Shown piece by piece: positions 10,901 to 19,987 of a stretch of DNA of 20,000 bases. A program made the translations under genes and the position numbers. The stretch comes from Gonapodya sp. JEL0774 (taxonomy: Eukaryota). The notes under the pieces were generated by a model. It was given only the letters and a program-made list of their open reading frames with translations, did not search any database and was not told the origin of the DNA. Location: NCBI GenBank assembly GCA_027604505.1, contig JADIIX010000002.1, positions 370,364-390,363 on the forward strand. The letters run 5' to 3'. Every line of letters begins with the position of its first letter. The stretch's first letter is position 1.

Positions 10901-11469
10901 CTCGAAAGTAAACAGAGAGCGCGGGTCAGCTTCCGAGGACCAAGTTAGGTCCTTATTGACTGGGCGAGCGAGTTGATGAATATATACGATGCAGGAAGGA
11001 GGCAGACGTCGAACAGATAGTCAGCCAGGGACCCCTGGCAACACGAATCCGCTCCACTAAGCCCTCAGCTATAGCATTTCTTCAAACCGGAAGACTTCAA
11101 GATGTTGTTGTTCAACATAGTTTGACGTGCGTAGGGCCCAATGGCACTGTCTCCAACCCAAGCTCGTCAGGTCACCTGTCACTCACCGTGAAGCTCCTGC
11201 CTGAATCCAAACGGTGTCGATATTTTGCTCCTCATCTCCTCCGTCCACTGTGAAGTGCCATCCGGTGAAGATTTCTGGGGACCATTAACTCGTGGTTCAG
11301 AAATCTCGGTAGGCAGATCGCCCGGGGTCGTTGCAGCCCGAAGAACAGCCACAGGAGGAGGGAGAGATATGACAGAGGGTGTCCTAGCTGTCCCAAAGAG
11401 TGAGCCCCTTGAGAATTCGGGGAGAAGAGGTGCAGATGTTGGAGCGGATTTCTTCTTAGTGGAGAACAT
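7901..11469 (-). CDS. STE20-family (GCK/MST-like catalytic domain) Ser/Thr kinase with N-terminal CRIB-like motif, amphipathic repeats and hydrophobic C-terminus; 5 exons
   Basis: Exons 11469-11187, 10959-10820, 10718-10590, 10470-8243, 8168-7901; all junctions are GT..AG and phase-compatible. Kinase motifs: LGSGAFGSVWKA, AIKE, KEIETLKQASHPNLVQYYG, WILMEYCSGGS, HHDIKAANILL, DFG, GSPYWMAPE, DVWAIGVTAIEL, HPMRAMYKIP. DIKAANIL, G[TS]PYWMAPE and HPMRA are STE20/GCK signatures. Confidence 0.9.
8818..9000 (-). repeat. Coding tandem 11-residue amphipathic repeats inside the kinase
   Basis: Translation: LTELGQAVGPK/ITELGEAVGPV/LNELAHTANAR/IVEFGEAVNPK/ITELKDFVAPR/LEKLLA, a 33-nt period. Confidence 0.85.
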
Positions 11470-11713
11470 GACAGGTCCACCCGCCCGGGTCACGCCGGCG
11501 ATCCCCAAAATGGAGATACGGTTAAAAAGATTTAAGGGGTAAAGGGAGAGCTGTCTGGGTATCGAATTCTGACTGCGAAGGATGGGAAGCGAAGACTTTA
11601 TGTGGATGCATCAAACTATTCAAAGTTCACCAGGTTCTTGTGAGTCTGCAGTTTGAATCTACCTGGCAAAACTTACCGTGCGCAGATTATGCGCTTCGCG
11701 CGTTCTTGTCCTC

Positions 11714-11743
11714 GTGCTTTCACTCAGTGTGCTTTCACTCAAT
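11714..11743. repeat. 15-bp tandem duplication in the divergent intergenic region
   Basis: gtgctttcactcagt followed by gtgctttcactcaat (one mismatch). Confidence 0.8.
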
Positions 11744-12038
11744 GTTCGAAAGAAGAGTCGGTCTCTCTCGGGAAAAGGTACCCACTACCTCACAATAACA
11801 CAAACAACGACAGTTCGCCGGATGAGCAAATGAAGCGATACAGCAGATTTTCTGTTCTTTGCTTTGAAGAATATTACCTTTCAAGTGATATGTTGGGGAA
11901 GAAACACTTTCTTCGTCGCAACCTATCATGTGATAACCAAAAATTGTCAGTAGAGGCCCGTTGATACAGTAATAGATTCGTTCTCTTCTTGAGTATTATA
12001 GGCATTTGTTTTCTGCCGTGAGTTCTGGCGCGGCCTTT

Positions 12039-13038
12039 CATGAGACCACGCATCTGTGATATTGCTGCGTGTTTGTCCTGGTGATGAATCAACTCCAGCA
12101 CACTGTTTGCCGGTCATTCTCCGTCTGCCCACGGATCGAAAATCTCTCGCTAGATGTCTCTTGCAGCGTTCCGGCAAGCAAACCAAAATCGCGCCAGTCA
12201 CCGATAAGAGCAACAGTCTCTTTCAAGCTCAGTCACTCTTTTTCCCTTTCTGACCCGAGAAAGACGCTCACTGTCTCGCAGCTGGACATGTTGGATGTCT
12301 TGCCGCCGATGGATCAGGATTGTCTAGTTCGTTTCGAATTTCAGGGAAGTGCAGAAGGAGCTGGGCTAAGTCAGAAAATCAGGGAGCTGGTAAAAAGCGA
12401 TTGTGCATGGGGCGAGATTCTCGGGACGGACTGGAAGGATCGGGAGGGTTCAAATGGCGGAAGTGCTGAAAGTGAGATCTCTCAGATCGATTGTGTTCAC
12501 ACCAGCGGAGTTTACCCTTTCGCGGAGATCTGTGGCATTCATGATCAAAAATCTCCTATTTTTTCGTGCATGTCCTTCTAGGTGTGCTTGTTCCCCGTCT
12601 CCGTCTCTCCCTTGAGCCCAATCGCTCTCAAACAAAGTCATCTTCCTCTGCTCTCACGCCTACCCGGAAATCCAACCCTCATCCTTCTGTGACTCCACCT
12701 ATCTACTTTACTCTCTCTGCTGTGCACATTGTGTTCGACTTCACGGATACTGTTGTATCATCAGACTTGGAACCACTTCTGAAACTCGCGTTGGATGCAG
12801 CGTGTCGTGGACTCAGAGCAAGACTTCCCCTATGCTTTTCGGACGATGCGAAGAAGGTTGTGATCTGGAAAAGTGTTGGCTTCGATTCGAACCAGCAAGT
12901 GACGTACAGTACATTCATAGGACTTCCCTTCCTCATCATATGCGGTCACCTCTCTCTCACGTACCCTCGAGGATATTCTTTCTCGTCCTCCCGAGGGCAA
13001 GACTTGTGATCTGGACAGTCTTAGATGTGAGAAGTTGA
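12039..13038 (+). CDS. Hypothetical multi-exon protein (unknown function)
   Basis: Tentative exons: 12039-~12067, 12167-12471, 12582-12903, ~12980-13038. They use acceptors ttgcag (12166) and ttctag (12581) and donors GTGAGA (12472) and GTACAG (12904), which give continuous frames. No family was recognised and the start is a guess. Confidence 0.45.
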
Positions 13039-13194
13039 GAGAAGAGATGGTAAGTTCATGAAACAAGAACCAAGTTGGGCCTGCGATAAGCTTAATTTGT
13101 TCAACGGCAAATCCACTGTTTTAATGACTTATTTGTTGTCGCGCAGCTTTCGGCACTCACTTTTATTTGTAGGCCGAATCCTGCCTCTCTCTTA

Positions 13195-13728
13195 GTGCGT
13201 CCACGTGATTCGATTGCTTGGCGACTTCGAACACTCGCCACTGCTCATAGGAAGACACGTGAAACGAAATTGTGCAAGATAACATTCACAAAGAAGGTTT
13301 GTTTGTTGTCATTACACAATGCGCAGAGGAGCAGTGGGTTGTCTTTCTGTACTTTCTCAAGTGTTCATGTGTTCCACAACAAACAAATTCAGGTCAAGCA
13401 ACACACTCTGGTTGCTGACGGAGCGGAACTTCTCGCCAACGCGCCACCTGCATTTGATAAGGTATCAGGTTGTTTGTGGACGGAACTATCTCATTCTGGT
13501 TGTGGCGCCATCAGCAAGTGCCGCCTCCCAAAGGATTTGGGTGACAGCAATGATGATAGCGACCTCGTTCAGCTCATGGAGTACGAAAATGATGATGTGA
13601 TAGATTTCGAAAGCGCGTTCACGCAATTGGATTCATGCGTCGATGCACTGTTTGATCATGACCAGATCATTGAAGATGGGCCTGCAATGGATCTAATGGA
13701 AGCTTTGGATGCAGATGGGGGCTACTAA
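13195..13728 (+). CDS. Possible small acidic hypothetical protein or exon(s)
   Basis: Open frame whose 3' half is protein-like and acidic (DSNDDSDLVQLMEYENDDVIDFESAFTQLDSCVDALFD), with candidate splice sites (attcag|GTC, AAG|GTATCA). There is no clear ATG or family match. Confidence 0.3.
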   Translation: MRPRDSIAWRLRTLATAHRKTRETKLCKITFTKKVCLLSLHNAQRSSGLSFCTFSSVHVFHNKQIQVKQHTLVADGAELLANAPPAFDKVSGCLWTELSHSGCGAISKCRLPKDLGDSNDDSDLVQLMEYENDDVIDFESAFTQLDSCVDALFDHDQIIEDGPAMDLMEALDADGGY

Positions 13729-13920
13729 CTTTGTAAGAGCTGTGAGGAAGTGTTGGTGAGGCGGCGAATTCCACATTCAAGAGGCACCAGCCGCACCTGG
13801 TGCACATAGTTCAAGCGGTCTGCTCTCTTTGTCTAAAGCCGACATAACTATTCTGCTTAAGAATAAGATTTGTGGCTTTTCCGTTTGAGCTTCTAGGGCG
13901 TAAAGTGGCCACTGGGGAAA

Positions 13921-16077
13921 ATGACGAAAAGGAAAGATCAGAAGGGTGTGTTGAAAATCGCGTTCACATCGTCGTCTTGTCAGCGATGGTCTAAAGTTTC
14001 ACCGACAGCTTACCTCACCCGTGATGGGACAATGCTGCTCTTCGATGGTGCTGTCTCGGCGCTCAAGGTGACGTTGTTGCTGTTGGCTGTGAACACACGA
14101 CCAACGAAGAGCACGCGGGTGGACGAAGATCTCCTCACTTTGCCAAGGTGAGATAGGGGACGCTGCTTTCTTTACATCGAGCCTTACTTCGATACAGAGA
14201 TGTGACCTAATGTTTGACCCTTCCTCCCATAAATCGATTGCGGTCGTCCCAGACTGCTTCTGTCTGACGGAGTCGCTCAGCTCCACGTTTTCGTTAGAAC
14301 TGATATTGAGCATGCCAAAATCTTGGCTGCTGATGCCATCAACACTGTCATTGATATCGAGCAGTGGGAGCTTCGTGGCAAGTGTGTCAGACTCTTTCCC
14401 ACTCACTTGTGTTTGCAGCCGTGGTTTAACTATTCACTCCTTTCGAATAGTCATGTGATTGTGGAGGTTTTCACGGATGCGTTTGCCAGGTTGGAACAAG
14501 ATTCATTTCTAGCGGAGGAGAAGGCCATCGCTGAACGAACTCTCTTGGAGTGCATTGCCGAACGACAAGAGGAGATTGCAGCATCTGTTAAGGCTGAGGT
14601 AGAACAATCGATACGGCGAGGTAGCCAAAGGCGATTTTCTTCTCCAGCGCTGTCGCTCGAAACAGACACAGTTCTGTCGGACGTTACCGCGCCAGTAATC
14701 ACCCTGAGGCCTCCAACATTGGAACGGCAGCGCCCAATATCCGCACCTTCGCTTCTGCAGATTGACTTTGGACCTTCGTTTGACGAATCGACAGTGTCTC
14801 TCCTCCCCACTGACTCCCGATCGCCTACGGACGTTGGAACATCTCAACAGACTATAAGTGACTGCACTGTGAACCCCGGGCGAGGACCTCAATCGGATAT
14901 AGCTCTTAGCTCCTCATCTTCAGCTGGAGCGTTTCCGGGTCTTCCCCAGGCACAATCGCCCCTCTTCGCCGAGGAGTATCGTCTCGTTTCCAGTCTCCGC
15001 AATCTTGTATTGAGGGTAACATCTACTGCGAGATCCATCTCTGAGTCAACGCTTCAGGAGCGAGTGAAGCAACTCAAGCACGTGGTTGACATTCTGTCCG
15101 CATTGCCGGGTGATGGCGTCACCAGAGTAGATGGGATCCCGTTTTCACCTTCAGCCGCGGACCTCGTACCACCTCCCGCCTACACGGCTGTTACTGTTTC
15201 CGCACCATCACCTGCAGTTAATAGACCAGCTTTACCCCCTCCGTACACGCCGTCCACACCCCCACCACTGCCGGCACCGGTTCGCCCCAACCTCCCACCT
15301 CCGTACACGCCAGCTCCACCCACCCCCCGACCACCTCCGTCGCCTACGACGTATACACGCAGTCAAGGAATACCTCTGAATGTTGTTCGTCCTCCAACAG
15401 TTCCACCACCTCGACCACCAGGTCCCGTCCCACCGCTATTACAAACGGCGGCTGCTTCTCCGCTCACATACACTACGATTTCCGAAAGTAACCCAGGATG
15501 TCGTGGTTTGGAGGGAACAAACGTAGCCACTCCCGCTGTGAACCGCCTGTCGGTCGCATCCTTCGGCGGCCACAAGACTGTTCCCAGTACCCAACGCAAG
15601 ACTTCAAATCGGACATCGGTTGCTTCTCTGAACCAAACCCGCGGCGACTTTGATTCTTCAGCAGGGCCGTCAGGGAATCGATTGTCGGTGGCTCATCTCA
15701 ATCAGCTCATACGGGATGATTCTGGACCTAACCGGCTGTCAGTTGTCTCTCCGAACGAGATCCAGGCCGATAGCCACTCCCCACCAACTCCCTCTAACCG
15801 ATGCTCGGTTGCCTCACTGACCGAACTCCGAGCGTCTGTTTCGCAAGCCCCAATGGCGAACAGGGTGTCGAACGTGTTGTTGATTCAGAATCGAGATCAG
15901 TTACCATCCTCGTATGCAGTAAATCGAAACTTAGTTCACCTCGTCAACCCACCCCGTGATGAGCTGCCACCACCGTACGAAGTCCACCAATTGCATGTGG
16001 GCGCGGCACCAGACCGCACCAGGAATGGCCGGGCAGCTCACTTTGCTAACAACAATGTTGCTGCTGTCTCAAGATAA
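13921..16077 (+). CDS. Proline/serine-rich adaptor-like protein with multiple PPxY motifs and NRxSV repeats
   Basis: Exon 13921-14147 joins in phase (GTGAGA..ttag) to an exon starting at 14298, which runs into the 584-codon ORF ending at TAA 16077. A probable small in-frame intron lies at ~14381-14450. Features: a charged helical stretch (EEKAIAERTLLECIAERQEEIAASVKAEVEQ), PPAY and three LPPPY motifs, and an AT-rich region after the stop. Confidence 0.7.
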
Positions 16078-16152
16078 ATGTTGTATTTAAAAGATTTCCA
16101 TATATTGTGATAACTTGTATTGAAGCCAAATCATAAACGAACTCTAAATAAT

Positions 16153-17754
16153 TTATGAGAAAGCATCAACCACCATCCGATCCCCATACGCGGATGCTTC
16201 CAGTGTTTCAACCCTCGCCTGTATCCGCTCTCTGACCTCCTTGTTGTACTTGTCGTATGGGTTCAGCCCCTCGAAGTGCTTCCTGAGTTCCCGATAATCT
16301 TCCAACTCGTCCTCTCGGTCGTCCTCCACTCGCCACCAGTTCTCCCCTCCCAATCGCAGATCCGAGTGCATAGTGCGCAGGCGGCGAGAGAACGACTGCA
16401 GAAAAGAGTCAGATGTGCCGAGAGTGTTGGCGAGTGGTCCGGATGAGGGAATAAGAGAAAGATGATTGTCAATGTCATGGAGGAGTCTATTTTGCAAGAT
16501 AGGTGGTTTGGAGGCTGGTGATTTCGAGCATACAACAGCACACCACTCACCTTCCAAAATCGGCGTAAAGGAATTTCGTCCCCACAGGCGCTCTGTCAAT
16601 CCCCCCAACCTTTTCCACCCGACTTCCCAATTCCTCTGCGGCTGCACTCAACCTCGCCCAAAGCCGCCTCCACCGTCTCCCAGAACTTGACACTGAGAGA
16701 CAAAAGCGAGATATGGACTCAAGGAGTTCGCGATGGGCGAGTCCCCCGACCCATAGTAACGGAGGTGTGTGCGGTGCGGAAGATGCAGACGAGATGGAAC
16801 GATCGACGTCCGGAGGAGGGCTGATCCCACGATGGCGTTTCCGAGGTTGGTCAGATTTTATGCTTTGGGCAGGTATTTGAGGATCGGGGGATCCGGAAGA
16901 CGGCGAAGGCGTTGGGAATGGTATTGAGAGGTTCGACGCGTTGTCTTGAAAAAATTCGGTCGGTATCACGGAGAAGTTGGTGGCGAGGATATCTCCAACT
17001 AAAGCCTGCATGTTCGTTGGCAGCGGAAGGTTAAAGGGCGTATAATCGGTTTGAAGAACAGTTTGCGGTATTTCGTGTGTGGATGACATGGAGTGGTGAG
17101 GTAATGCAGTTTGAGGAGGTAAGGCAGTTTGAGAGTGCGGTAGTAAGGCGGTGGCAGGATGCGCAGAATTGAAATGCTTCTTGAGTGACGAGAGGTTTAC
17201 AAAAGGCCGGCGGCAGTTCTGAAAATGCAGGCAGAAAGACTGAAATCTCCACAGGGACGCGTTGCAAAAATACAACTCACTCCACAGCAAAAATGTTTTC
17301 CATGCGAATGGTGTCGGTCATTCTTCAAATGTGCTCGGAGGTTGTGTTCTGTCAGGGTCTTCCGTTCCACAGCAGGCTTTGTACACAATTGAGCGAGAAA
17401 AGGCTGCGACATTGGATGTTCACAAAAGTAGTAGCCATCACGCCACGGATCCTTGATTTTGAAGGTGTCTTTCACACATTGTATGACGTGAATCACGAAG
17501 GGACAAGTGTCGTCTGTCGCTTTTTCAGGAGGAGACTTGTCTGTGTAGAATGCATCCCCACCAGCAGCATACATAACTGGTCGTTGTAGACACGGTTCGG
17601 GCATTTGGAGTCTACATACGGGACAAACCCCATACGAAGATTGTGACGTCGCTGTTCCCATGACGAGTTCCCCACCATCAGCGATTGTCATCCAATCCAA
17701 CATATTTGGCTCAAAGTCCGAAGGTAATGACGCCAGCAGCGATTCCATGGTCAT
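16153..17754 (-). CDS. C2H2 zinc-finger-containing protein; at least 3 exons
   Basis: Exons 17754-17281, 17218-16551, 16486-16153, with GTGAGT donors and CAG/TAG acceptors in phase. Splicing assembles a canonical C2H2 finger, F-C-C-G-N-C-RRP-F-VNLSS-L-KK-H-FNSA-H. Further Cys/His clusters lie upstream (CPVC; C...C...LRAHLKNDRHH), and RKRHR is a basic NLS-like motif. Confidence 0.7.
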
Positions 17755-17986
17755 CTTCTTAGCTGTCCTTGGCTTCGTGGCAGTCGCCAACAGGTGGAGC
17801 GGGCGAGTCAGTCGCACATGCGTTGCCGGCCATCAACAACAACTCTTGCAAAAATCAGAAGACAATTGAATCTATTTGTTAAATAATGTTTATTGTGTAT
17901 GTGAAACGAACAGAGCTGCATTTCAAGATGCAACGCAAACATCATTTGTGTTGTTCGAGAAAAAAATCATGGGGAGGACAGAACTT

Positions 17987-19876
17987 TCATGATCTCTGAA
18001 GGTCAATCCACTTCCGGTACGTGTTGTCATGTAGTAACTCCAAAACAGATGCCCGTATCGGATCAAACAGGTCCACGGTCCACTCTGGCTCATCAAGACC
18101 ACTCTTGACCTCCTGGACCATATCAAAGGGGACGTTCAGTGGTAGAACTGCGGAGGGTGATAAGAAGTGTTCATAGAGATTCCGGTACTCTTGGTGAAGC
18201 TCATGTGGCACGGTAGGTGCTGGAACTGGCAGAGCAGCACCCGGTCGGAGCCCGAGTTTCAATGACCATGTCGGCGGGTAGCGAGATCGTTTCGAGCTCA
18301 GATTGGAGGATATGGACACTCCTCGCTTGAATGACGTTGGTCGCTGAATGTCTCCGGGCTCGTTTGATGTGAAGGGTCGGCTGCTTACTATTTTCTGGGA
18401 CTCGATTTGCAGCGCTGCCGGCGAGGATGCGACTGGGTCAGCCGAGAGTGCTTTCCCGACTTTGAACATGAGCTCATCGTATGCTTCGATAAAGGTCACA
18501 ATCTCGCCGCAGAAGTCCCGCGCCGCAAAGCTACAAAAGGCTTCCCACGTGGGGTCTCCTGGCTTTGCATATGCGAAGGTTTTAAACTTGTCTGAGCTCT
18601 CCCCAAGCGATCCTGCATGAGCGGTGGAGAGCAAATCTTGGTAGTGCAAATGCCGTAAACGGTCAAATACCGTGGGAACCGAAACAAACGCTGCAAACTC
18701 ACAGGATTTGCGCGCCAACCACGCAGGATACCACGTATTCATGACTACTGCGCTAATTTTGTATATAGTTATGGGGAGGATTGGGGGAAACTCTCTCGTG
18801 ATTGACTCGGGAATGTAAGGGCTTAACCAAACATTGTCTGACAAAATCGTGAGTATGCCGGTTAGCAAGGGCGATACACGTCAATCTTCTCAAAGAATTG
18901 ACACACGCACAGAACAGCATTGTGAGCAGGAGAAAGATTGCATCGAAAGAAGAGGTGAGCCTACATTTTGATCTTCAGTATTCCCAAACATCGGCGAGGC
19001 CAAAAACTGAACAGGAGGAAGTACCCACTGAAAGGAATGTAGATCACGAATATCGTTCATTGCAATGAGAAGTGTTGGGGCAAGAACCACGTAAGTAGTC
19101 CCAATGATTCGTTGGAAATAGTAAGCTCTCGATTCCAGGTGGCAGAAATCTTCTTGTGGCAGAAGAATCTGAATCGGTACCGATATCATCACTGCCATTG
19201 CAGTTTGAGCTATCATGCTTTTAAAAACCGCACGGACTGTGAATGAGGCTTTGTTCCGCATAACCCATCCGACAATCGCGGTTTCAATCCTCTGAAGAAC
19301 TGTCCGCTCCTCACGTGTCGAGCCTCTGTTGTTGCGCTGTTCGATAGCCTGCTGGTTCTCGCTATTCTGGATAATTAAGTGAAATGATAAGTTTGTTATT
19401 CCACCGGAAGGGAAGAACGCTATGTCGCTGATCGTCAAAGCTCCGCGCGAATTGGGTTGAAAGGATTCCACACGAACCGAATGTGATAATCCAAAATGAT
19501 GGCCAGCATGTCCCACCAGTGATCCCGGTCGTAATAAGAAACATTCCTATGTGTTGATTCAATACACTTGTCATCTACAGCGAAAGGAAATCGATTACAA
19601 ACCCACCGACAACAGCTGTCGCTTGACCCAAACAAGCAATGGCGATGAAAGGGATTGGACGCTTTGACACATATCAATATCTTAGGGTCCAATTCCTTTG
19701 CGCAGTATAATATATCTCATAAATCTCACCACTTTGAAAGTGAACGAATGGCGGTATATGTAGACGGCAAAGAATCCACCGATGAGGAGCACGTAGTAGA
19801 GTGCAATGATTGCAAGACAGAACACATTGCAATTTCCAAGTCGAAATTTCAGCCCAGAAGTGTCGGAATCTGCCAT
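17987..19876 (-). CDS. Seven-transmembrane receptor-like protein fused to a C-terminal RGS domain (7TM-RGS; GprK/AtRGS1-like architecture)
   Basis: RGS motifs in the last exon: FCSFAARDFCGEIVTFIEAY...LYEHFLSPSAVLPLNVP...FDPIRASVLELLHDNTYRKWI. The upstream spliced exons give seven hydrophobic segments: FCLAIIALYYVLLIGGFFAVYIY; IPFIAIACLGQATAVVGMFLIT; CWPSFWIITFGSCGILS; SMIAQTAMAVMISVPIQILL; IIGTTYVVLAPTLLIAM; AIFLLLTMLFYNVWL; ILPITIYKISAVVMNTWYPAWL. The junction near 19360-19405 is uncertain. Confidence 0.82.
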
Positions 19877-19987
19877 TTAGAGTGTGGGTGTTGTCCAACT
19901 TGCCTTTGCTGCTTTGTCAGATCGAGGGATCTGCGAAGGGATGGTGCCTGATTGAACCTTCCACACCGCACCCCTCTTCAGCGGTCA

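Noticed and set aside
152..10976. Numerous plus-strand ORFs (e.g. 837-1307, 3515-3970, 5307-5795, 6915-7358, 9689-10087)
   Set aside because: They are antisense shadows of well-supported minus-strand exons and show no recognisable motifs.
11179..11508. 109-aa ORF as a stand-alone gene
   Set aside because: It ends in a GTGAGT donor and splices in phase to the kinase exon at 10959, completing the CRIB-like motif.
11690..11705. CGCG-core sequence resembling E2F/MCB/SCB cell-cycle elements
   Set aside because: A single imperfect short match is expected by chance at this GC content.
12582..13038. Faint resemblance of the C-terminus to RNase P subunit Rpp40
   Set aside because: Only a vague hydrophobic pattern; the characteristic motifs were not seen, so no assignment without HHpred.
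13999..14406. 135-aa minus-strand ORF
   Set aside because: Antisense to the plus-strand gene whose splice sites are phase-consistent; GTG start and no family motif.
5523..19876. Idea that the F-box, kinase, PY-motif protein and 7TM-RGS genes form one functional signalling cluster
   Set aside because: Adjacency in a compact eukaryotic genome is not evidence of co-function; conserved synteny or co-expression data would be needed.
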